NCBI GenBank assembly: GCA_964035575.1
Contig: OZ037835.1
Coordinates: 496,001-560,000 of the forward strand
From: Rhynchopus sp. YZ270_cl-10
Taxonomy: Eukaryota
Direction of reading: 5' to 3'
Length of the DNA: 64,000 nt
Positions 1 through 10,400 of this stretch are shown one piece after another. Made by a program: the position numbers and the translations under genes. Numbering within the stretch: the first letter of the stretch is position 1; the number at the start of each line of letters is the position of its first letter. Below the pieces are notes generated by a model, which worked only from the letters and a program-made list of their open reading frames with translations, was not told where the DNA came from and made no database searches.

Positions 1-1682
1 CACGTCCCATTCCCTCCAGTGCAGCTATACGAGAGTTTACCGCCTCAAACTGCAAGTACAATACATCAAGCAGCACCTGTGCAATTTTTGTGAGATTATT
101 CTCCACCGCATACTGCAACGCAGTGTAGTTCTTTTCAGTGTCTCGGTGATTCAGTTCCACCTCTGGCAAGCCCACAAGATAGCGCACAATCTTGGTCTGT
201 CTAAAACGTACCGCAAGGATAAGACATGTGTGTCCTTTGTTGTTTGTGGCACGCACTCCCGCACCTGCTCTGACCAGTATTTTCACAACGTCAAGTGCTC
301 CTAAAACGCAAGCAGAGTGCAGAGGTGAACGTCCGTAGTTTCCCCTTGTTTCGATGTCTGCACCTGCATCAATCAGCACCCGCACCACGTCTGTATCCTC
401 ATTCTCCACCGCATAGTGCAACGCAGTGAAGTTCTTTTCAGTGTCTCGGTGATTCAGTTCCACCTCTGGCAAGCCCACAAGATAGCGCACAATCTTGGTC
501 TGTCTAAAACGTACCGCAAGGATAAGACATGTGTGTCCTTTGTTGTTTGTGGCACGCACTCCCGCACCTGCTCTGACCAGTATTTTCACAACGTCAAGTG
601 CTCCTAAAACGCAAGCAGAGTGCAGAGGTGAACGTCCGTAGTTTCCCCTTGTTTCGATGTCTGCACCTGCATCAATCAGCACCCGCACCACGTCTGTATC
701 CTCATTCTCCACCGAATAGTGCAACGCAGTGAAGTTCTTTACAGTGTCTCGGTGGTTCAGTTCCACCTCTGGCAAGCCCACAAGATAGCGCACAATCTTG
801 GTCTGTCTAAAACGTGCCGCAAGGATAAGACATGTATGTCCTTTGTTATCTGTGGCACGCAAACCCGCACCTGCTTCAACCAACATCTTCACAACGTCAA
901 GTGCTCCTGAAGCGCAAGCAGTGTTCAAAGGCGAAGACCCCTCGTCGTTCTGTATGTTGATGTCTGCACCTGCATCAATCAGCACCTGCACCACGTCTAC
1001 CTCCCCCTCATCCACCGCAAACTGCAACGCAGTGTGGGTATGAGCAGATAGGTGGTTCACATCGACATCGGGCAAGCCCACAAGATAGCGCACAGTCTCG
1101 GTGTGTCCAGAATATGCAGCAAGCATAAGACACGTGCATCCTTTGTTGTCTGTGGCACGCACTCCCGTACCTGCTTCAACCAACATCTTCACAATGTCAA
1201 GTTCTCCTGAACCGCAAGCATAGTGCAGAGGCGACCGTCCGTCCTCGTTTTTTGTATGTAAGTCTGCCCCTGCATCAATCAAGACGCGACACACTGCAGG
1301 GTCTGACCACTGACTGACCTGAGCTGTGTTTGAACTCAAACGCCACGTTGTTGCAGACGGACTTCCAATGCTGCAAGAGGACCTCCGTGCACGCAACGTG
1401 GTCTGCGTGGACACACTCACTCAGCAGAATCCCAAAGCCCATCTGCGTTGTCTCAACATACGGAAGAAGCAGTGTGAGGCATTCATCGTGGTTCCCTCTG
1501 CATGCCTCGTGCGCAGCATCGAAGGCCACTTTTTTTCTGTCTGGGTTGAACTTCTCAAGGAACGCCCGCACGGCAGTCGTGTCGCCGTTCCTGGCAGCCT
1601 CCACGAAGGCCTCGTCTGCAGAAAGCTGTCTTCTCTTTCGTGGGTTCTCGTCCTGTGTGCTGTCTGCGTGTCGCTTCGGCAT
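1..1682 (-). pseudogene. Ankyrin-repeat protein, copy 1 (frameshifted near 1300-1340; 3' end runs off the window)
   Basis: ATG at 1682 (MPKRHADS...) matches the N-termini of copies 2 and 3. That frame stops at 1275, but the paralogous sequence (WSDPAVCRVLIDAGADLHT...SPLHYAC...) continues in a shifted frame that stays open to position 1. A deletion removes the NTSEEDDCPAM segment seen in the paralogues. Confidence 0.8.
127..732. repeat. Near-perfect 303-bp intragenic tandem duplication (three ankyrin repeats per unit)
   Basis: 127-429 is almost identical to 430-732, and a more diverged third copy follows. 303 bp is 101 codons, so the frame is preserved. Confidence 0.9.
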
Positions 1683-2631
1683 TGTGTGTTTGTATGTTAT
1701 TGCTGTGTCTTTTGTGTTGGTTTCTTTTTGTGCAGAGGTTGTGGGTGACGAGAGAGGACGAAGAACACACATGCAACGTAGTAAGCATCCTTTTTTCGTG
1801 AACAAGATAAAACAATAAGCTCGCGTTTCTTTTATCGAACAGATTTTATTCTCCGCCCCGTACCCAAAACGTAAACACCACTTTGAATCAGAAAAAATAT
1901 TTTCCTCTCCTTTTTTTTTCCCACGCGCGCTGGTTTTTGTATTTCGCTAATTTTTATCAAAAAGCTTTGAATGTAACAAAAGCAAAGGACGCTTTGTTTT
2001 TTATTTGAAAACTTGGAAAAATCACGTGTCGCAACAGAATATATCCACGCCACGCCCCTTTTATTTCTTCTGATTTTTGCACGTTCTCCGGATTTTACGA
2101 AAAATGACTCATTCCCAGCTTTCTCGCAAACAAAGGTCGTTACGTAACTAGTACTTAACAGGGCGCGGGGTAATTGAGGATTACCTTTCGTGCAATGATG
2201 TGCAAGGAGGATGGGAGAGAAGGAAAGTCGGGGACAACATAAAAAGGGTGAGGTGCTCTTCATCCACCTCTGCCCGATCCCAGTTCCCGTCGTCGTGGCG
2301 CTTCCGAACTGCGGGGACAGTAGGCTGAAGCCGCGGTAGCCGGAGTACCTGAGCCTGGCAGCAGGCATCCTCTGGGGCGTACGCATGATGTCCCTTTGCA
2401 TTTCTTTGTTTGCTTTTGTGTGATATTCACGCTTTTGTAGGTTGGGTGGGGTTGGGACTCAATGAAGACTGGGTCGGGTTGTAGCACGCCGAAGGGGAAA
2501 CATACACTTTTGCAACCTTGGGTGGGTTTTAGCCCCAAATTGGGGTAAAACCATATTTGGTGGGCCTCGTTTTTTTCGGCCTTTTTCCAAAATCTCAGGA
2601 TTGGGCGAATATTTTTTGGCTTGTTTGGTTT

Positions 2632-4296
2632 TTAGCCCTCGCGGAAATTCTCGTCTGCACCTGCATCAATCAGTACCTGCACGACGTCCATCTCCTCCTC
2701 ATCCACCGCATACTGCAACGCAGTGAAATTATTTGCAGCATCTTGGTGATTCACATCCACTTCTGGCAAGCCCACAAGATAGCGCACAGTCTCGGTGTGT
2801 CCAGAACACGCCGCAATGATAAGACATGTGTGTCCTTCGTTGTCTGTGGCACGCACTCCCGCACCTGCTTCAACCAACATCTTCACAACGTCAGGTGTTT
2901 CTGAATCGCAAGCAGAGTGCAGAGGTGAACGTCCCAGGTTGTTCTGTGTGTCGAAGTCAGCACCTGCATCAAGCAGTATCTGCACAACGTCTGTTGACCC
3001 CTCCACCACCGCATAGTGCAACGCAGTGTGGTTATTTGCAGTATTTTGGCGATTCACATCCACTTCTGGCAAGCCCACAAGATAGCGAACAGTCTCGGTG
3101 TGTCCAGCATACGCCGCCAGCATAAGACACGTGCATCCTCCGTTGTCTGTGGCACCTGCTCTGACCAACATCTTCACAATGTCGAGTGATCCTGATTCGC
3201 AAGCAGTGTTCAGAGGTGAACGCCCTAGGTCGTTCTGTGTGTCGATGTCTGCACCTGCATCAATCAGCACCTGCACCACGTCTATCTCCCCCTGCACCAC
3301 CGCTAAGTGCAACGCAGTGTAGTTATTTGTAGCATTTTTGTGATTCAGTTCCACCACTGGCAAGCCTACAAGATAGCGCACAGTATCGATGTGTCCAGAA
3401 TATGCAGCACTGTGAAGACACGTGCATCCTTCGTTGTCTGTGGCACGCACTCCCGCACCTGCTTCAACCAACATCTTCACAATTTCGGGTGCTCCTGAAG
3501 CGCAAGCATCGTACAGAGGTGTACCTCCTTGGTAGCTCCTAGTTTCGACTTCTGCACCTGCATCAATCAGCACCTGCACCAGGTCTGTCTTCGACAGCTG
3601 CACTGCAAAGTGCAACGCAGTGTGGTTATGAGCAGATAGGTGGTTCACATCGACCTCTGGCAAGCCCACAAGATAGCGCACAATCTCAGTGTGCCCTTTC
3701 CACACCGCAGCATCAAGACACGTGTCCCCATCCTCATCTGTGGCACGCGCTCGCGCACCTGCTTCAACCAACATCTTCACAACGTCAAGTGCTCCTGAAC
3801 CGCAAGCATAGTGCAGAGGTGACCGTTGCTTCTCGTTTGTTGTATGTAAGTCTGCACCTGCATCAATCAAGATGCGACACACTGCAGGGTCTTCCCACAT
3901 GGCCGGACAGTCATCCTCCTCACTTGTGTTGTGCTTGAACTCATGCGGGACAAACGCCACGTTGTTGCAGACGGACTTCCAGTGCTGCAAGAGGACCTCC
4001 GTGCACGCAACGTGGTCTGCGTGGACACACTCACTCAGCAAGGTCCCAAAGCCCATCTGCGTTGTCTCAACATACGGAAGAAGCAGTATGAGGCATTCAT
4101 CGTGGTTCCCTCTGCATGCCTCGTGCGCAGCATCGAAGGCCACTTTTATGTTGTATGGGTTGAACTTCTCAAGGAACACCCGCACGGCAGTCGTGTCGCC
4201 GTTCTTGGCAGCCTCCACGAAGACCTCGTCTGCAGAAAGCTGTCTTCTCTTTCGTGGGTTCTTGTCCTGCGTGCTGTCTGCGTGTCGCTTCGCCAT
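2632..4296 (-). CDS. Ankyrin-repeat protein, copy 2
   Basis: ATG at 4296 (MAKRHADS...NPRKRRQL, basic NLS-like). Repeated SPLHYAC / TCL..AA..GH / TALH.AV ankyrin motifs. Ends abruptly with ...DAGADENFREG*. Confidence 0.9.
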   Translation of the reverse strand: MAKRHADSTQDKNPRKRRQLSADEVFVEAAKNGDTTAVRVFLEKFNPYNIKVAFDAAHEACRGNHDECLILLLPYVETTQMGFGTLLSECVHADHVACTEVLLQHWKSVCNNVAFVPHEFKHNTSEEDDCPAMWEDPAVCRILIDAGADLHTTNEKQRSPLHYACGSGALDVVKMLVEAGARARATDEDGDTCLDAAVWKGHTEIVRYLVGLPEVDVNHLSAHNHTALHFAVQLSKTDLVQVLIDAGAEVETRSYQGGTPLYDACASGAPEIVKMLVEAGAGVRATDNEGCTCLHSAAYSGHIDTVRYLVGLPVVELNHKNATNNYTALHLAVVQGEIDVVQVLIDAGADIDTQNDLGRSPLNTACESGSLDIVKMLVRAGATDNGGCTCLMLAAYAGHTETVRYLVGLPEVDVNRQNTANNHTALHYAVVEGSTDVVQILLDAGADFDTQNNLGRSPLHSACDSETPDVVKMLVEAGAGVRATDNEGHTCLIIAACSGHTETVRYLVGLPEVDVNHQDAANNFTALQYAVDEEEMDVVQVLIDAGADENFREG

Positions 4297-5223
4297 TGTG
4301 TGTTTGTGTTGGCTTCTTTTTGTGCAGAGGTTGTGGGTGAGGAGAGAGGACGAAGAACACACATGCACCCACCGTCACCTCCACACCACTGCCCCACAGA
4401 ACACTGCAAGGTGGTCATCGTGGACGTTGTGGAGGAGGCATTTCTACCGACGTGTTCTCACGACTTGGTGAAAAGAAACAAACGGTCGAAGTTTGGGTTT
4501 AAAATGACGTTGGGTTTTTAACACAAGACCACACAACTCAGGGGTGACCCTGCAACAAAGAAAGCATCAGACAGTGAAACGTCAGCACTCTTCGTCTATG
4601 CTCCCTAAGAGGTGGCAGTCGTAAGTCATGTCAACCACAACTGGTCGTGGGATGCATTCCTCAGGGAAATCCCAGTCGTCAGCCTCTTCGTCACACAGCC
4701 CCCATGCCAGTCGCCGTCTCCTTCCACGATCTCATCATCCCAGAAAGCGACCTCCTCATCCTCCGCTTGGCGCAGTGGTGATGCCCGAACACAGCGGGGT
4801 CGAAGGTGTCCCAGGAGAGGGAACCAGAAGGGTGCGGAGCACACCCTCGCCTTCACTCTCCTTGAAAAAGAGTGGCTAAAGCGGGTTGTGGGTAATATGA
4901 GGGAAGGGTGGGGCTTTGCTTGTACTGTCCTGTACGGACCTATATAAGCGGGGTAAAAATTAGGTGGTAAACCCCAAAAAGACTCGAAAACTCGCGTCCT
5001 GAAGTACGGTGGAGAGGTGGAGCACAAAAAGGGAAGGGGAAAACGGTAAAACTCATGACATCCGAAAACGTGTAATTCATTTCCAGATGTACTGCGGAAG
5101 AAAACATTGTAAGATGAAAGCCTCTCGTCCTGTGCCACCTTGCAACTGAAACACCCCACCACCTCCAACGCAGCTAACACACAGCCGCAGGGTCGAAGTC
5201 ACGAGGTGCGAGAGCGTGCTGCC

Positions 5224-6591
5224 TCACGCTCCAAATAACAATACACCGAGCAGCACCAGTGCAACGTCTGTGTGCTTTTCTTCCACCGCATACTGCAACG
5301 CAGTGTAGTTATTTACAGTGTCACGGTGATTCAGTTCCACCTCTGGCAAGCCCACAAGATAGCGCACAATCTCGGTGTGTCCACAACGTGCAGCAAGGAT
5401 AAGACACGTCTGCCCTGCGTCAGTTTGGGAACGCACTCCCGCACCTGCTTCAACCAACATCTTCACAACGTCAAGTACTCCTTGTTCGCAAGCATAGTGC
5501 AGAGGCGACCATCCGGAGTTGTTCTTTGTGTCAATGTCAGCACCTGCATCAATCAGCACCTGCACCCTGGATGCGTGATCAAGCACTGCAAAGTGCAACA
5601 CAGTGTGGTTATGAGCAGATAGGTGGTTCACATCGACATCTGGCAAGCCCACAAGATAACGAATAGTCGCGATGTGTCTTGAAATCAGCGCATAGGCAAG
5701 ACATGTCTCCCCTGCGTCAGTTTGGGCACGCACTCCCGCACCTGCTCTGACCAACATCTTCACAACGTCAGTTGCTCCTGAAAGGCAAGCATAGTGCAGA
5801 GGTGAATATCCGTATTTGTTCCTAATTTCGACTTCTGCACCTGCATCAATCAGCACCTGAACGATATCAGCACGCGTTGGATGCGACGATCTGTGCAACG
5901 CAGTTTCATGATATTCAGTGACTCGGTGATTCACATCGACATCTGGCAAGCCCACAAGATAGCGCACAGTATCAGTGTGTCCATGTATTGTCGCAATGTG
6001 AAGACACGCCCATCCTTTGTCATTTGTGGCGCGCACTCCCGCACCTGCTCTGACCAACATTTTCACAACGTCAAGTGTTCCTGAACCGCAAGCATAGTGC
6101 AGAGGAGACCGTTGCTTCTCGTTTTTTGTATGTAAGTCTGCACCTGCATCAATCAAGACGCGACACACTGCAGGGTCTTCCCACATGGCCGGACAGTCAT
6201 CCTCCTCACTTGTGTTGTGCTTGAACTCTGTATGCGGGACAAACGCCACGTTGTTGCAGACGGACTTCCAATGCTGCAAGAGGACCTCCGTGCACGCAAC
6301 GTGGTCTGCGTGGACACACTCACTCAGCAGGATCCCAAAGCCCATCTGCGTTGTCTCAACATACGGAAGAAGCAGTGTGAGGCATTCATCGTGGTTCCCT
6401 CTGCATGCCTCGTGTGCAGCATCGAAGGCCACTTCCTTTCCGTCTGGGTTGAACTTCTCAAGGAACGCCCGCACGGCAGTTGTGTCGCCGTTCCTGGCAG
6501 CCTCCACGAAGGTCTCTTCTGCAGAAAGCTGTCTTCTCTTTGGTGGGTTCCCGTCCTGTGTGCTGTCTGCGTGTCGCTTTTTTTTCGGCAT
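5224..6591 (-). CDS. Ankyrin-repeat protein, copy 3
   Basis: ATG at 6591 (MPKKKRHADS...PPKRRQL) followed by ankyrin motifs. Its upstream flank (6591-6930) is a copy of 4296-4625, showing tandem gene duplication. Confidence 0.9.
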   Translation of the reverse strand: MPKKKRHADSTQDGNPPKRRQLSAEETFVEAARNGDTTAVRAFLEKFNPDGKEVAFDAAHEACRGNHDECLTLLLPYVETTQMGFGILLSECVHADHVACTEVLLQHWKSVCNNVAFVPHTEFKHNTSEEDDCPAMWEDPAVCRVLIDAGADLHTKNEKQRSPLHYACGSGTLDVVKMLVRAGAGVRATNDKGWACLHIATIHGHTDTVRYLVGLPDVDVNHRVTEYHETALHRSSHPTRADIVQVLIDAGAEVEIRNKYGYSPLHYACLSGATDVVKMLVRAGAGVRAQTDAGETCLAYALISRHIATIRYLVGLPDVDVNHLSAHNHTVLHFAVLDHASRVQVLIDAGADIDTKNNSGWSPLHYACEQGVLDVVKMLVEAGAGVRSQTDAGQTCLILAARCGHTEIVRYLVGLPEVELNHRDTVNNYTALQYAVEEKHTDVALVLLGVLLFGA

Positions 6592-7499
6592 TGTGTGTTT
6601 GTGTGTTGGTGGTGTGTCTTTTGTGTTGGCTTCTTTTTGTGCAGAGGTTGTGGGTGAGGAGAGAGGACGAAGAACACATGCAACACACCGCCACCTCCAC
6701 ACCCCCTGCCCCACACAACACTGCAAGGTGGACGTTGCGGAAGGAGGCACTTCTACCGACTCACGACTTGGTGAAAATAAACAAACGGTCAAACCTTGGG
6801 TTTATTAAAATGACGTTGGGATTTTAACACAAGACCACACAACTTAGGGGTGACCCTGCAACAAAGAAAGCATCAGACAGTGAAACGTCAGCACTCTTCG
6901 TCTATGCTCCCTAAGAGGTGGCAGTCGTAAGTTTCTTCAGGAAAGAAACTGTAGTTGATACAGGCACCTCCGACTGACCCACGATGCCAGCCCCATGAAC
7001 GCACAACCCTGCGGCCGACAACAAAAGAAATGCACACCACATTGCACGTTCTCCTGACACCTTCAGGGCGTCAGGAGAACAGACTACGTGATGGGGTTTG
7101 CGAAGACACCCTCTGGCCAGGAGAGTCTTTTATCTGCACCTACATCAGGCTGGAAAGCTGTTTGCAGTACAAAAACAAAAGAAGGAAAAATAATGACACC
7201 ACAAATATTAAGGAAAAGTTGACTTGAAGCACAAAGCCCCCCACTCGTGAACCTTTGGTACAAATGAACAAATGGGAGAAGGACAGCTACTGCAATGCCA
7301 GCCTCAGATGGACCGCCTCCGCGACCCCCAGCTGCGGCTGGGGTCGCGAATAGCAGAACGGCTGTTGTCACGCAAATTATTGTTAAATTAAGAAATATCA
7401 CCCAATGCTGTCTCGGCCTGGTGTAGGGTTAAAGCTAGAAAGCCCTTTGGCTGTGAAAGGGCGCGCACCCCCACCCCCCCGTTGCTGCTGTAACAACTA

Positions 7500-10400
7500 C
7501 TACGCAAACACAGACACACACAGATCCTTCTTCCTCTTCCTCTCGCGGAAGAGAGGTGCCGTGGACGGACGCTGCGGGATATGCACAGCACGCCCACCAC
7601 TGCCACCCTCCCCTCTCCTCTTCGTTGTGGAGGATGGTGCACGACGCCAGACACCTTCCATCTCGGCGTCACATGCCTCCCCTCCGCTGCCATCAGAGTC
7701 GCCGTCGTCACGGCACGCAATATCAGAACACGGCACAGAGCCATGGTAGTGTAGGCTGTGCTGCCCGAGACTGCTTTCACGCGAGCTGACAAGAGAAGGA
7801 CAGCTGCCTCGATACCAGCCTCGACTAGAGCAGCGCGACCCATTTGCAGATCGGCTGTTGCTGCCGCCACGTTTATCACCACGTGAGCCTGCTGCAGATC
7901 GATAAGAGGTGGAAGCATGGCTGTTAGGCCGTTTCTGATGTGGGTGGCTTTTTTGTTCGGGGGGTGTCGGTGTGACCGCCCCGGCAAGCCGCCCAAACAG
8001 CCGCTGCTCGCAGTACCTTTCCAGAAGCGAGCCACTCACCCCCACCCCTTTTCCGTGACGTTCCCAGGGGCGGGTTTTTTGTGTCTGTTTATTTTGTCGT
8101 TTTCTCCAGTACTGCCGGAGCGCACCTTCGTGTGCATGTGGGTGAAAGGGAACTTCGCGAAGAATGAAATCAGAGGTGGGCTTCATGGATGGGTCCGGTT
8201 CGGGCATGGTGTCCATCTTGGTGATGTCTGCGCCTGCGTAGCCGTGCACAGCCTGGTCGCACCCCTCAGGGTACTGCCAATCCCGCGGTCCCTTTGTCCC
8301 CAATGACTCAACAAAGGTCTCACCGAAGGCGTCTTGAGGAGGCCTCCGGAAGCTGGTATGCTTCATGTCAAACATAGGTACACGTAGCGGCGAAACCGGG
8401 CCAGGGGAGACAGGCGCGATACTCAATCTAGGGGACTTTCTGCGCTTCATTGCGGAGACCGGCTGTGCGGCGGCAGCACTCTGCCCATCCGTGCCCACAC
8501 CCTCCGTTGTGAACTCCTCCTCCTCCTCTTCCTCCTCCTCCTCCTCCCCCCCCTCCTCCTCCTCAGGGGGGCTGACCACACAACAAAACACGTCTGGGAC
8601 AGCGTTCTCGGGGGATAGTGTGTGGTCAGTTTCCGCTCTTTTGGCCTTCGCCTTCGCCTTCGCCTTCGCCTTGGCCCGCTCCTTCTCCTTTTCTTTCTCC
8701 CTCTCCGCCGCCCACGAGACAATGTCAAACCAGCGGCATCGTGTATAACTGAACTCATCTGCACGACGTAACGCTATGCCCGCCTTCTTTTTGTGCCATA
8801 TTCGGATGACTCTGTCGGACCGGCGCGACTCATCGACAATGCGGTTGACAAGAACGGTCTTTTTCTTGGCGCGTTTAGGAAGCTTGCTGCGCGGGACGTT
8901 GCGGTGCCAGCTCCGCGCAACCTTCGCTTCCCACATACTCTCCACCTCCGTGCGGCTCTTCATCCCCACCATATTTGTTATCACCGCTGTCATCGTCGCG
9001 AGCCGCGAAATCGCTGCCTTGGCCTGCACTGCCTGCTCCCTCTTCCTCACCACAGACGACGCATCCGCGAGGACATACCGTGAACCATGATACGTCCCTT
9101 GCTCGACACTCCTCTCCACTACAGCGTCCTCTTCGGGAGTAATGCGTGGGGCTTCTGTCAAGAGCAGGGCGCTGCTGCTTTTGACCACTATCTTTGCCTT
9201 TTTTTCATCGTCCGCAGCCGGCTCGGCAGGCGGAACGTACTCCCGATGCTCTTTTACCGCGGAGAGTGACACCGGGTGGAGCAGGGAACTGATATGCTCC
9301 AAAGCACGCAGTGACTCCTCCAGTCGTGCTGCCTTTTCAGTCATGCGAGGTTTGGCGCCCAGCGCAGCATCCGTGAGGAGTGGCTGTGTATACAAAAGCG
9401 CGAGACGGACGACAACTGCCAGCTTCTGCCTTTTTTGGCAAAATTGGAATAGGAGCTTTCGCGACATCGACCAGGTATCTACATTGCCATCCGCGACCAG
9501 AGATATCGGCCATTTGTGTTCAAGCAGACAGGTGTACCCGAAGATCGCGCCTTCATGCAACCGCACGGTAGTGCCTTGGGGGAGGTGGGAGACGCACTCA
9601 CCGCTCTTCAGAATGATCAAACGGTCGCAAGGGTATACGCTGGAGAAGACAGTGTCCCCCTTTAGGTACACCTCGGGCTTGAAACCCTGCGCGAACTCTT
9701 CGACGTCAGTGTCGTCTAGAATATCGGCAAAGATAGGTGCTGTCCACGCAAGCTCCTGTAGTTGCTTCTGCAGAGATGGTCGGAGGATGCGCATATTTTG
9801 AAGCCGTTTTTCTCGTGTTAATCGGTCGATTTCTTGGTTGTTTCCGGCTTTGTCGAGGACAGTGCGGATCAGGCGTATCGCAGATTGTTCTAAGCGCCAT
9901 AGTTCGCAGACGGTGACGGAGGTGACGGTTGCGGTGACCGGTTGGCGGTACCAGAGGGAAAGCTCCCCAAAGAAGCTGTCTGAGTGGAGCTTGGCAACAA
10001 CGACGTCCTTGCCGCCGCCGCCTTTGACGGAGACGACAGCGCTGCCGCTGCTAAGGAAGTAGAGGCAAGAGCCGTTGACGCCCTGCTTGCAGAGGACCGT
10101 GCCGCGCGGTACAACGTGGGGTTTGAAGTGGATGAGAACGTCGCCTGCGTATGCCTCGGGGATGTGCTTCAGAATGAATGAGAGCTGCAGGTCGCGTGCC
10201 TTGATGCCTTTGTCGTGCATGTTGTTCTTGCGCTTCGTCAGCGATGCAGAAGACACGGCCTGGCGGATGCCCTGAGGTAGTTGCTCCAAACGCTTGACGA
10301 ATTCATTTCCCTGGTGGGAGAAAGTTTGTTTGAGTTGACGCAGAATTTGTTCTGGTATTTGACATCATAAGTGTTGTACGAAATTATGAAATATTATTCA

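Noticed and set aside
2260..2410. GC-rich island encoding ARLRYSGYRGF, faintly like transposon accessory proteins
   Set aside because: Too short, with no supporting termini or further motifs.
4628..4960. GC-rich stretch with overlapping short ORFs between ankyrin genes
   Set aside because: No recognisable domain and no consistent coding frame.
6944..6990. CTACAGTTTCT (minus strand) resembling the middle of an SL exon
   Set aside because: Only 11 nt, lacks the SL 3' end, and is the T-rich end of a repeat also found at 42546-42600.
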